The position numbers and the translations under genes are program-made. A stretch of 64,000 nt of DNA from Camelus dromedarius. Lineage: Eukaryota. The notes below the pieces were generated by a model. It was not told where the DNA came from. It did no database searches and worked only from the letters and a program-made list of their open reading frames with translations. The stretch is from assembly GCF_036321535.1 (NCBI RefSeq), contig NC_087436.1, forward strand, positions 20,276,001 to 20,340,000, given 5' to 3'. This document shows positions 13,044-26,100 of this stretch, piece after piece; the stretch's first letter is position 1; each line of letters starts with the position of its first letter.

Positions 13044-14368
13044 GCCCTGCGTACTTGTCTTCCCTGCCCAAATCCTAGGCTCCCACCTAAGAGCAGAGGC
13101 GAATAAATATTTTAAAAATCATTGCAGAGTTTTTTCAATTCCACATTCTACGGTGATATACACGATCCCACAGTAAACCAGTAATAGCACAGCCGAGGAA
13201 TATATGTCAAGTGTGTTTGTCCCATGATTAATAACTCACATCTTCTGACAGCTGTTACAGACATGGTGCTTTAAAGAGGAATGGTTGGGCCCCTGCTTTT
13301 CAAAAGCTCCTGAAATCACACAATATTAAGTGGATGGTTTCTTAGAAGCCGAAGAGAATTATCAAAAAAATCTTTCATACAGGAAAATTTTGAGCTGTGG
13401 CTGGCAGTAAGGGGTTATTAACACAGAAATGTTATTTCTGTGCCAATGGTGAAACTGAAATGTCTGGATGTCGATATAAATAGACAGCAGGATAGGGTAC
13501 GAGGGGTTGAAAATATCATTGAGACTGTGGGTGTTTTGTTGGCAAAATAAAGACATTGAGCAAGCACATATGGTCTTCCAGTAAGCCGCAGACTGCCAGA
13601 AATCAAAGCACTAGTGCAGAAGGGCAGGTTTTCTCTTCAGCGCGGGGGCAGAAAAACAAGGGGACTTTCCAAGCTGGTAAAGCCAACACTCGTGTTAGTT
13701 GGGAACACCTGATGCATATCAGTACAGGTGCAGTCACAGATTTTTATCCAGGGACAGGGGTATGGGAAGAAAAATACGTGTTCCAGGGTGAGGAGGAGGT
13801 GAGTGGAACTGATGCTTATCAGAAACAGTCCGTTTAATTAAAGAGATACTACCGTTCATCCTAAGAGTGAGGGTTTTCAACCTGAAGTGAGTTGGGAAAT
13901 AAGACAGGACTGCAGCAAAGAGCTTATGACTTTGTGAATTTTTTTAAAGTCACTTCAGATGAAAATAGTTTGAAAAGAGCATCTGAATGGCTTTATCAAC
14001 CCAACAGTGTAAACCGACTACACTTCAATAAAATAAATAAATACATGGCTTTCTCCTTTGCTAGGACTCCAAACTATGCCTTGAGAGCCAGAAAGGAGAA
14101 CTGAGGGGGCTTCAGTTTGTCGATGCTGGGACAGCTCTCTGTGTGGCTTCTACGGACCAGCTTCCGGTCGTGCTGGGAGGTGTGGGACGCCCCTTCCTTA
14201 GCTCTCTCACCCAGTGTTGTTCAGAAAAGGACGTGCGCAGCAGTCCACGGTGCACCTGGACCAGCTTTCGAGCTCCCACCTCTGGATTCCTAAAGCCTCT
14301 CAGAGGAAGGCAGTGAAATAAGGAAGATTTGGCCTGTTTCTCAGGGGTGGGTGGATACTGCCCCAACC

Positions 14369-14406
14369 AAAAAAAAAAAAAAAAAAAAAAAAAAGAAAGA
14401 AAAAAA
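14369..14406. repeat. Poly(A) tract
   Basis: Seen directly. Confidence 0.9.
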
Positions 14407-16899
14407 TCTCATTCTTTTATAAACAATTAAATATCTTACCTACAAGTATGTAAGCAATTCTTACTAATATGTAATTTAAATCATCACTTGAAAGAATCAT
14501 TCACAAAGTCTGCTAATAAATGGCTTTGTGTTGTGTCCCCATTTTGGAATCACAACAAAAATATATCCAGTTCCGATCAGGGACCTGAAGCCAACCAAGG
14601 GTTTTCTCCAGAGTGCCCCAGGAGAACTGGAAAACAAAAATGAATCCTAGGAGTTGAAGTAATCTTAACACCCTACCTGTTTATGAACAAGTAGCCCGGT
14701 TGATGCAACCATATTCCAATTTATGAGCTCTTCAAATCAGCCTGTTCAATTCAGCAAACTTCGAGTGGTTCCTCTAGGCCAGGTGCTGTGCCTGATGCAC
14801 AAGACGGTATGAAAACGGTCTGCAATCTACTTTAAAATGTTCTTAGGTTAAGCTATCGGACCTTCACAATGTATCAGCTCAGGGATGTTCAGCACATTCC
14901 AGAGGGGGGCAATGATAGTTCATGGGGTTTTCTGTATCTCCAGTCTCCACCCTGCCAATCAGCATACTAAATGTCAGAAGCAAATCTCCGGTTTTTAAGT
15001 GTTGACTGGCATGACGAATATTCAGTGTCGTATATCACATATCATTGATGAAATTAAAAGTACTTGTGACACATGGACTGGTTGCAAATACAGGAGACTT
15101 TCTTCACTCTTGCATGAATAGGGTGTAAGAAGCAGATGAAGACAGCCTTTACCCCTAGAGGTGGAGCTCGAGTTTGATGCTCTAAGTAGTCTTGCGTCCA
15201 GCTGTCGGCTAGGAGGACTTCTGAGGCCTGCTGAATAGCACAGGAGTGAAAGATTCCTGACTCTGGAGCTGTGTCAGTCTCTTAGCAGGCAAGGTAGTCT
15301 TCAGAGCATCTAAGATGATGGCAAGCTGGGCCTTTTTTTAAACTTACAGAACAGCATAAGCAGCTTTGAACCTGCTTGCTCATCAATGTTTGGCTAATAA
15401 ATGTCTGTACCTGTGGCAGAATTTGATTTGAGACTTGCTTTCATTATGACCTAGCAGGAAAATTCAGGAGTAACTGACCCTCATCTACCTCAACTTCTTC
15501 AATGGCTACTGTAACCTCTTAGAAAGAACCTAAGAATCGTGTAGAACCAAGTAGACTTAGATCAGTAGCATTAACAGGCCCTACTATCAAGGAATTTACA
15601 GAAAAGTTTCTATAGATCTAAATGCTGCTCACCAGAGGCTACCAGGGTTCTAAGAGATGACTAATGGCCATGGTCCCACATGAAAGGTGTTTCCACTAAG
15701 CCATGTTCCTTGATGAAAGATGGATGTATATATATATACACACACACACCTGTATTTGTTCACTTGGCTTACTTTAGTCAATAGCCTAATGAAGATCAGT
15801 TACTCAGCTTTTCTTATGTGGATAAGGAACACACATCTTAGAATAATCAATGTCTTCTTCTTTAAAAGGTTCTGGAGGGGGTAATCTTACATTTTATCTT
15901 GGGCCCAATGTTCAAAGTATCAGAGAGGATTTCTTGATGTCTCCCCTAAACTCTGCTACTGACAGGTAAAGAAGTAGCTCTGAACGGCAAAGGTAAAGGT
16001 AGAAGGCGTTGCATCTCAGTGTTTAACTCTGGGTTTCTCGCTCCTCAGAAGCTTTTGATCTCCAGTTGTATTTTCCTCTTTGTTTTCCCCCCATCTTTAG
16101 AGTTGGGTCATTGCAGTCCCGTGGTGGGGGCTGTCTTGGCAGTTGCCCTTTGGAATAAATTGCTTGTTAGCATAACTGTTAATAAGGAGATACAAAATGT
16201 AAGCCTTTCCGTCATACCCGAAGGCAACCTTAATTATACAAGAGTGAGTAACCGCCCTTTGGCTCACTCGCCCTCTGGCTGCCATTTGGTGAGGCATCTT
16301 GGTCCTGCCACAGGCTGTAATTTACAAAACTGTAAACTTCACTTCCTCCATTTCCTCCTCCTTTACCCATCCCATCAACCACCACAATTTTTAAATATAG
16401 AGCTGTCCTTTTTGGTCACAGTTCATGACTAGTTATAGCAAGACTCTCTTGATACTCAGCCAGACTTTGATGATTTTTTTTTTAAGGTACCGGTTAAGAA
16501 CACCCCCAAGTTAAGAATAAATTCCTCCACAGGCTCAGAGTAAAACGCTCCTGTTTCCTTTCCCATAAGTACTAAAATAAAGTTAAGAAGTCCCTTTATT
16601 TCCTATCCCCACAAAACTATATTTTGTTTCAAATAGCTCTCCTTCCTAATGTTTGAAATCAGGAGCCAATGTTCATTTGGCACGCATTTTTCTGAACATT
16701 TATTCTATGGTGGGTATTGCGCTGAAGTTACGACAAAAAAAGATTTAGATATGTATGTGTATAACCTCAAAGGAGCTCACAAGTCTAGTGGAGGAGGAAG
16801 ACTGGTCTACAAATAATTATCGCTCACTGAAGCAGGCGATGTGTGACTTAGAATACAATGGATCTTCCCAAGCTACAGGACATCTTGGTTGCCCCGTAG

Positions 16900-17140
16900 A
16901 ATGCAGTATAGTATGACAATCAGGATCACTGGCTTTGGAGCCAGAATGTTTCCCTTCAAATCCACCCCCATCATTTATTAGCTGTGTAGTCTTAGGCAAA
17001 TTACGTAATCCCTCTGAGCCTCAGTCTTTGTAAAAGTCATCTGTAAAATGCAGCTAACATTTGCTCCTCTTTCATAGTGGATATAAAGCACTTAGCACAG
17101 TGCCTGGCACATAATAAGCTCTTAATAAACACTAGCTGCT
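16900..17140 (+). mobile_element. MIR SINE
   Basis: ggctttggagccagaa, tagctgtgtagtcttaggcaaattac, catctgtaaaatg, cttagcacagtgcctggcacata. Confidence 0.8.
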
Positions 17141-18429
17141 GTTTATTACGTGTCTTTCAAGGTCCTATTCAGCTGTGAAGATCTTTATATTCCAGCCCCA
17201 TCTTAACTCTCCAACTCTATTTTTTTATTAATTAAAAAATTAAATTAAAAATAAATTCAAATTGAAATGAATATGCATACAGAACACACACAACAGTATT
17301 ACATTATTCCTTAATTTTAAATAATTATTTCTTAATTACAAATTAAGCCTTCTACGTGGCATAGACTCCAAGAACAATCCAGTAGAATGAAGCGTAAGAA
17401 TACAAATTTAAACTGATGAAGCCGAGAGAGGTAAAAGCTTTACGTAAGAAAAAAGCTGGATGCTTAGTTAAATATTGAAGACTGGGAGTGATTTTTCTCT
17501 CCAAGACTGCTGAAATGATAATAAATGGATTTTAAAGTTACGTAAATTCAGAAGCAAACACAAACAGAACAGATTGCCAGGGGAGATATTGCAGATAAGA
17601 CAGTTAAACACATTTTTGGAAAACGTAAATCAAAGAGTTGGTGACTGATTTAGCTACAATTTAAAGAGCCAACAAAAAAGCACTTCATTAAAAGCAAACA
17701 AAAGCTCTGAGAGGCTCAGGAGGACTTGGAAGTATCTGGTATCACAGAGGGCAAGGAAGAAGAACAGTAAAAAGAAGGGGGTGAATTGAATGTTTGAAAA
17801 TGGAGCAGTGGGAATACTATGCAGACAGCTCTTGACAATCCCACCTGCTCAGAATGAGGCCAAGGACCCAATGTGGGGGTTACTCCGGTTGCCAAGCATG
17901 TGAATCCCAATCATACACTTGGGGGCCAAAGAAATGACCACTCAGTGCGTCAGTAGGCTCTGACTGTAAGCCAGACTTTGGCCAGAACTTCATCTCTAAC
18001 CTGACCTCCTGTGTGCGCTCTCTCTACCAGGAGACTACGATGATGGATGGTATCTCTGGATACCAATGTTGACTTGGATCCTATGTCCAATAAGATATCA
18101 CAATATCTGTTTATTCCCTTTTTCTCAATATCCTGTTACTCAGGTAAATGGTTTTAGGTCTCTAGTGAAAGACCAGGGTAAGCGTTACAGTGTATACTCA
18201 GCATGGTGATGTGTGCGTGTGTGCGTGTATAAAGAGCTAGGCAGTAACTCCAGAAAAAACAATAGATTATGAAAGAAAATATATAATATACTATATTACT
18301 TGGTTCTGTAGAAAACAATATTGACAGTTATAACATGTAAAACGAAAAGTTATTATTTTAGCTAAAGTAAGTGATGTGATTATAATGATAGCGTGAGAGT
18401 GAGGGAAGAGAAGTAGGACCAGAGTGTGG

Positions 18430-19139
18430 CCTATGAACTGGCACGTCAGCTGCCTCCTCAGGAGATCATGATGACACTCAGGCAACACTCTTGTGTGCCA
18501 GCTCGTATTGAGGAGGGGAAACCACACCTGCACATCCCAGGGTTCAGAATAGCCTGGGGATGGGGGTCAAAATCTACCAAGGCATCCATCCAGATGTCCT
18601 CATCTCATGTGTCAGGGACTCAGGTTTTCCCAGCCAGCCAGAGTCATGACTACCTTAGTTGAGCTTTCAACCATCTTTGAAGTTTCACCAGTCTGATAAC
18701 TAAATCCTGGGCACAATCTTCAGTGCTTTCTGTGAGCCCATTACATGAGATGAAGGCACCCTCAAAAGCTACCAAAGAGATCCTCTGGCTTTTACACTTA
18801 GTTTTCCATTTGTTAATTGCTCTCAGATTTTCAGTATCAACCTATAGAGTTTCAGTGCAACTTAAAAACACCCACCCAATTCCACTATCATTGTTATTTC
18901 TTGTTCCCCCACAGATTTCAAATGCCTGAATCATCCTATAGACTACTACATTTCCCTCTGCAGGCACAGCCCAGCTCTACCTTGGAAAGTCTTATCAATT
19001 AGCCTGCCACCTTCTTCCAGGGAATATCTGTGCACCAACCACCACCAGGAATTGGTTCCTTGTTACTAGCAAAGGAGTGAATGACTTGGCTCCTACACCA
19101 CACCTTACTGCCTACTTTCTTGGACTGCTTCTGGCACCA
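18430..19139 (-). mobile_element. ERVL (ERV3-16A3/HERV16-like) PBS and degraded gag N-terminal region
   Basis: Minus strand starts TGGTGCCAGAAGCAG (tRNA-Leu-like PBS) directly after the LTR; translated pieces EPIPGGGWCTDIPWKKVA, GIGWVFLSC, KCKSQRISLVAF, AQDLVIRLVKLQR and DEDIWMDA resemble ERVL Gag. Confidence 0.75.
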
Positions 19140-19566
19140 AGAGGCACAGGTTGGATTCTCTCCAGAAAACAGAAGTGAGCTTGACTGAGGAGTGCAAAAG
19201 CTTTTGAGATGGAATAATTGTGAAAGATAAGGGATGGAAACAGGATTAGGCAGGATGAGTAGCAGACCACAATGCAGATGTGACAAGTCTCTATCAGCCC
19301 CGTGAGAGGTCTGAGCTCCAGAGCAAAGACTACCTGTGAGAGGAATCCCGAGAATGCCAGATCTTTTTACCACCTCCTAAGATGGTCACAAGCTAGGGGC
19401 TGCCCAAGGAGAGAGCTCAGCCACTCTGCTTTGCTCAGTCAGTGGCTGGAAGCTGCCCCAAGAAACAAGTGACCTTGACTTAAATGCTGAGCTAGATCCT
19501 GAAGGAGCTAACTGTAGGGGGTCCTTTCTTAAAGGATCTGAACCATCCATTACCATATCTGCCACA
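19140..19566 (-). mobile_element. LTR16-family ERVL 5' LTR
   Basis: Reverse complement begins tgtggcagatatgg and ends gagaatccaacctg; aligns by eye to the LTR at 27418-27875. Confidence 0.75.
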
Positions 19567-21860
19567 AGATGGTTCTTATCCTGAGCTTATCTTTTGGAGA
19601 GGGAAACAGACACACAGCATATGATTTCCATTCAACGTGGTAGGTACAATGCACGAGGTCATAGCTAAGTGGAGGGCTGAATGGGCAGGATAACGTGGGG
19701 GTGAAGATATTAATCAAGACCAATCCCCAGGGTCTGGGTCATCATTTTGTAACTCTTAGTTAGCATGTCAACTTGAAAGACTGAAATAAGACCATATCGT
19801 GTATAATAAGTGCATTCACAGAGGGTCGATTTATCTTTTAATCCCTAAATGAAAAGAACTAAAACAATGTTTGGCATCTTCCAACCACAACCACAAATGG
19901 TGAAGTGGAAATTAATTTGATTTTTCATGGAGTTCTAAAAGAAAGCCAAGAAAATGTCTTAGTGTAGAATGCTTTGTGCTTACTCAAGTTTAAGGGTGGA
20001 ATGGATTTTCTAAAAATCATCAAAAAAATTTTATCAAGAGACTATGCTTAGTGTGGTCCTTGTAACAGAATGAAACTTTACTGTGGAATGTATTTTGAGT
20101 TTGGGATAGTCAATAAATCACTGTAATTTCTAGATAAACCATCATGTATTCCTTCAAAATGCAACTGCTGGAGTCATTATAAACTTACTTGGAATTACTT
20201 ACTTACTTCATTGGAAATTTTAAATTACAGAAGAACCTACATCAGTTAAAGAAAAAATAATAATACAGAAATAGTAACATATCATCTCTCCTTTAGAGGA
20301 AGAACATCAATTTTGTGACTTGCCACATGCTTTTCCAAATATCTTCATTTCAGTTTGGGCAACTTACTTCACCCTACATGGGCTAAAGAATCACCAGGCT
20401 TAAGCATTCAGATCTATTTACTGACTAGATCACAATTCCCTATAATAATTAGTTTTATCATTGAATAAATATAATATAGTTCACCCAGCTAGAGATAAGT
20501 GAACTCTGCTAGTTGATCAATCTTAATTAGCCACTATCAAGATCCCTTGAATTGTCCCGTTAATCACCTTGAAGGACTCCCCCTCGAATATGTTATGAAA
20601 AAAATCATCCTCATTTTGGTTCCCCAGATTTGTTTCTCCTTCTGATTTATTGAACAGACTATACATATATATTCTGTAAAAATATCTATGGTTGTAAATA
20701 CTTATTACTGAAAGATAAATGATCCTATCAAGTCATCAATGGGTGGTAATGGATTTCAAGATCTAAAAAGGTCTAAGTGTTTGATGCTTGGATGAGATCA
20801 CTAAGAAAAACTACTCACAAAATGAACAATTTAGGCCCTTCTACAGTAACAACATTCTAAGTTAGTCAGAAGCCAGGCTACGATGGCCAGTTTTCTCCAA
20901 GGAACCTCTGAACTGTGGCACTCACAGGAAATGTCTCTGCAAGTCCTTAGCCAGTGCAATGGAAACCATCTATTACTTTCTTAATCATATATTTAATGCT
21001 AGGGATTCCTTGGCCTTGAAGATTCCACTTGACTTTAATAGTGTGGACTTTGTCAAATGATGTGCAAAAATACTACCAAGATTCTACAGGGCCGCACGCC
21101 CATCTGGGTTTGATTTAGTTAATCTATCAAGTACTTGTGTGCAATTTTTCAGACACATGGTTTCGCTTCTCTACTTTTCAAGTATGTTCTATTTACTTAG
21201 GCAGATGTTGCAAATTAGCTCCTAAAATATTGCAAATGAAGTAAAGAGATCCTTTATAGTAGATCTGAGTCTAATATGAGTCTCTTTACTGATTCCCAAA
21301 GACAGACTAATCCCAGACTTCTCTGCAAGTCTTCAAGAAAAAAATTCTTTAAAAATTTAAAGATATGTCCCCTTCCACTTCCTTGTTCCTTGGTACATGG
21401 TGTTCCTGCTGCACCTTGGTGACATCCCTGATATCTGGAAACTTTTGAGCTCATATTTATTCCTGGCCATAAAAAAATGTGAGTACCCTTAACCTTTTCC
21501 CAGCTCTTTCCCTTGCCCCATTAAACCAAAACTATACTGTGAAAGAAGTACTACTAAAGCTTCCACTTAAACTTCTGGTCATAAGAATTTCATTAATCAG
21601 GCATGTGGGTCACCATAAATTAACCATGAGGCAACACTAATTGAGAGCATTTAAACCTATCCAGTTAAGACATTTAAAAATGCTACTTTGAGAATATACA
21701 TTATGAATAGAAAATATTTTAAAATTATTATGCAGAGAACACCTAGGTTTTCCCTTGCTTTTTAATCAGTTCCATCAAAAAGGAATGAATTAGTAAAAAA
21801 ATATTTTAGCAGAAGAAATTGTTTTTCAGCTCCTCCATTCACACGTTTTCCACTATTTAC

Positions 21861-21952
21861 CTTTGCTGATGTCTCCAAAGCAATGCCTCCAACACTTGTT
21901 TCTCCAAAAGGGTCCCGCCCCATATTTTCAACCATCTGCACTGTGATTCCAC
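21861..21952 (-). other. Candidate internal exon (92 nt), gene unidentified
   Basis: cacatccag acceptor, AAG/gtaaat donor, frame GGITVQMVENMGRDPFGETSVGGIALETSAK with mostly purine-first codons; no homolog recognised. Confidence 0.17.
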
Positions 21953-22029
21953 CTGGATGTGACAGGAATTCAATAATTACTCCAAAAGAAATGACATTAT
22001 CAAGTATCTAGCGTCAAGAAAGGCAGGAT

Positions 22030-22218
22030 GCTTGTGCTCAATACTCAAAGTGTGACCCGATCAGCAGTGCTGGCATATTATTAGGTAGCTTCTCAGACAT
22101 GCAGAACCTCAGTCTCATCCCAGACCCACTGAACCATGATCTACATTTTAATAAGAACCTTTTAGGTAGGTAAACCTGTAGGTAACTTTTCTACACATTG
22201 ACATTTAAGAAGTGCTGA
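22030..22218. mobile_element. MER5-like hAT-Charlie DNA transposon relic
   Basis: tactcaaagtgtg, atgcagaacctcagtctcatcccagacccactgaacc, tttaagaagtgctg. Confidence 0.65.
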
Positions 22219-22219
22219 A

Positions 22220-22430
22220 TTGGACTACATGGATTTTAGGGTCCGACGTTTTGAGTTTGTTTTCTACTTTGTGATTTATTGACTGTGAGACCATGAGCGA
22301 ATTACTTGGTCTCTCTGAACCTCAGTTTCCTCATCTGTCAAATAAAGATAATAATACTTCAAATGGTTGTTGCAAACATATTCAAGAAAAGTATTTGTGA
22401 ATGTGTGTGACACAGAGAAAATTAAATATG
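22220..22430 (+). mobile_element. MIR SINE
   Basis: ctctctgaacctcagtttcctcatctgtcaaataaagataataata. Confidence 0.75.
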
Positions 22431-22547
22431 TTAGATATATAAACAATTAGGTTGAACAGTCAGATATTGACAATTTACTACAGTTCAACTTTACCTGGCA
22501 CAGTGAATCCTAAATAAACCATAGGTTACTGCTCTCTCTGGCACTTT

Positions 22548-23160
22548 CCTAGGGCTGCCATGACAAATTACTGCAAACTTAGTGGCTTAAACTAATAGAC
22601 ATTTATTCTCCCCTAGTTCTGGAGGCCAGAAGTCTGAAATCAAGGTCCTGTCAGGAGGCGCCTTTACTCAGATGTCTAGCAGTCATTACTGGCTGTTAAC
22701 TGGGACCTCAGCTGATCTTTCAGTCTGAGGACCGACAGGTGGCCACTATATTTGGCCTCTCCCCACAGGCTCGTTTGGGCTTCCTCACAACATAGTGTCT
22801 GAGATTCTGAGAGGCCAAGAAGGAAATGAGTAGGCTTCTTATGACCAAGCCTTGGATGTCACATAGCATCATTTCCATTATACTCTGTGAAGTCCAGGCA
22901 GCCACCAAGACCTACCTGGTGTAAGAGTAGAGGACATAGACTCCCCTATTTGATGTGAAGACTATCAGAAAAATTTTAGGCATATTTCAAAACTATCAAA
23001 GTCTGCCCTCTGGCCTCAGTATTATTATTTACAATGATTTACATTTCTCCCGCATGCAAAATACACTCACACTCTCCCAGGGACTCCCCAAAGTCTCATG
23101 CCATCATGAGTCAGGCTTAGAAGTCATCTAAATCAGATCCAGGTGTACTTAAGATTCCCA
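22548..23160 (-). mobile_element. ERVL-MaLR MLT1 LTR(s) plus truncated internal sequence
   Basis: cctagggctgccatgacaaattac...aacttagtggcttaaa; after about 22998, MLT-internal-like tctgccctctggcc...catgcaaaatacactcac, truncated near 23160. Confidence 0.7.
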
Positions 23161-23199
23161 CATGTGGTTCTCTGAACACAGCCCCTTCGCACTGCTCTT

Positions 23200-26100
23200 A
23201 TTCATCCATAGAGTATATTCTCAGCTCTTAAGTGACATGGGATGTGATACCCTTGAAAGGACCCTAGGGGCAATCTCACTGCTAATGTGGCCCCTAGGGA
23301 CTCGAAGGAAGCAGTTGTCCACCCTGAGCAAGGTTGAAATGCCTGAGCTTCTATGAGAAACACTAGAAGGAACAAAAATGCTAAGAGACGTGGATATGCT
23401 AGAATGGATATATCATGTGAGGCCGAAAGATCCACCAGAGAACACACCATTCATCAAGGCAATCGGGAATGTGCTGGTGAGAGGGAGACACCAGCATCAC
23501 TAGGAGGTTCAGTGATGGCTCTCTTCTGCAGGCCAGGGCTGACGATACAGGGGGTGGTCACAGAGCTGGGCTCTTTCATAGCAATAGAGGCCATGTCAGT
23601 GACATGGGGTACTTTGTCACTAGAAGCCAGGTAAGAGGGGCAGCCAAGAGGCTTTGACCCTCAGAGAGTTGTAGAGATGGTTAATTGAACATGGTGTCCT
23701 TATGGGCAAAATAGGCCGCCAGCAAGAGTGCTGCTTCACATTTAGAGTGAAAAGTAAGCACAAATGGAGAAGCAGGAAGTTGGGAAGAAGGCTGCCCAAA
23801 TAAAAAAATTCATGATCCCTTGCTCAGCTCCCTACCTGAGCCAGTTTTCAAATCCAGAACCTATTGTCTAGGTCCCCAAGAAGAAAGACCCTGCAACACC
23901 ATAGCAAGCGTGTCCTGTATACATTCCCTGAGTCCTTCCCCAAAGCAACCTTCAGCCATGTGCTTGAGGGGCTATACACTGCAGAAATGGAAATATCCAG
24001 ACTTTGAAAGGTCTGTGGGACACAGAGTCCAAGTTGACATGAAGTTCTAGAAATCTGAAGCGTCTTCACCCCGTGAGAGTGGGGACAGATGGGGTAGTTA
24101 AAAAGGAAGACCTGGTCAAAGTCTGACTTCATTTTCCTGTCCCTGAATGTATTACTGTGATTGACATACCTGGCAGTTGGAACCCTGGGCTCTACTGGGT
24201 CTCTGGCCTGTAGGGTAAAACTATCATAGTGGGGAAGGCCAAGTGGAAGGATCCTAAATGCCACACCCATTTCCCTCCAGCCAAGAGAGTAAATCAAAAC
24301 CAATTCTGCATCCTGGGGTCGTGGTCGGGGTGCTGGGGATTAATGGTACCATTAAAGATCCAAAGGATTCCAGGGTGGCCATCCCTACCATATCTCAATG
24401 TAATTTGCCAGCCTCACCCCTACAGAAGCTGGACAGATCCTGGAAAATGACTACAGACTTCCACACACTCCACTGAGTAACAGCCCCAGCTGCAGCTGCT
24501 GTGTCAACTGTGGTGCCTCCTTTCTCGAGTAGATCAATGTGGCCTCAGGAACATGTCATGCAACGATCTGCTTGGCAAACTCATCTTTATATATCCCATT
24601 CAGGAAAGAGGATCAGAAACACACTGCAATCGCATGGAAAAGACAACAATATATAATTTCCCCCCAAGACTATGTGAACCCTCCCATCCTCAGTGATAAT
24701 ATAATCTGGAGTAATCTGGACCATTTGGATTTCTTTGCAGAGCATCTGATCTATCCATTACGTCAGTGACATCATGCTGGTAGGACATAATGAGCAAGAG
24801 GTGACTAGCTTCCTGGAGATTTTGTGACATGTGCTATCACACATGTGCTCCAGAGGATGGAAATAAACCTTATGAAGTTTGAGGGGGCTGCTACTTGAGC
24901 ATTTAGGGGATCCAACGGCCAGGGATATTCTATGCTATCCCTCTAAACTAGATTGCTGTGCCTAACACCTCCTACTGTTAAGAAGGAATCATAACACTTA
25001 CTAGGCTTCTTTGTGTTCTAGGGTACCATGTTCCACATCAGGTGTACTTCAGTCTATTAACTAGGTGACACAGAATGCTGCCATACTCAAGAGGATCAAG
25101 AGCAAGATAGGGATCTGCAGCGGGTCTAGAAGTGCAGTGCTCCGCCACTTGGGCCGTATGATTTAGTAGACATCATGATGATGGAGATATCAGTGATGGA
25201 AATGAGATACAGGGGAGAGCTTATGACAAGCCCAAGGGGGAGAAGCCTAGTGCAGATGCTAGGGCTCTGAAGCAATACAAGTCCATCTGCAATGGAGACT
25301 CACATACACACCTTTTGAAAAGTGGGTCTTAGAGTGCTGCTGAGTCATGATAGAGAACTGGAATGTTGGAGCATGGGACACCAAAGTGATTATGCATCCT
25401 GAACTGTATAATATGAGCTGGAGTCTACTGAACCTGCCAAATTGGAAGGAGGTGAGAGTCCAGCAGCAATCCATCATAGAATGGAAATATGCATTCAAGC
25501 TTGAGCTTCAGCAGGACCAGAGGACACAGCAAGCTGCATGAGCAGGGAGCCCAGACCCCCATGTCATCCATCAAGGTTTCACCAGCATCCCACCCCAAGC
25601 TCATACCTCTGGTTGTATCAGGAGAAAGAGAGGGAGTTCTGTATGATCAAATGAAAGAGGAGGAAAATGCCCAAGCTCAGTTTACAGATGGACTGGCTCA
25701 GCATGTGCAAGCCAAAAATTGTATGACAGCTGTATGACATTCCCACTCAAGAGTGGCCTGGAGAGACAATTACAAAGGGAAAGTCTTCTCAATGGGTAGA
25801 GTGTTATGTGGTGTACCTGGACGTAATCACTTTGTGTGAAAGGAGAAGTAGTCCGAGATGGAATATAGATGGACTCGTGGGAAGGGAAAATGGCTTGTCT
25901 GGTTAGTTGGAGACCAAGAAGGGAAAAGACTGAAAGCTGGCAGTTCAATCTTCAAAGCAAGGAATTGTGGGGTGGAGGAACGGGATAAGCATGTGGAATT
26001 GCACGTGAAGTATGTAAATTACCAAGCAGACAAAGTGAGTTGGCCAGTTTAGGCTAGCTACCTTTATCAGTATCTACTGCAGTGGAGGCAAAATATACAC

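Noticed and set aside
16230..16316. Possible minus-strand terminal exon (..SEPKGGYSLLYN*)
   Set aside because: The upstream region is purine-rich with no polypyrimidine tract, and no homolog was recognised.
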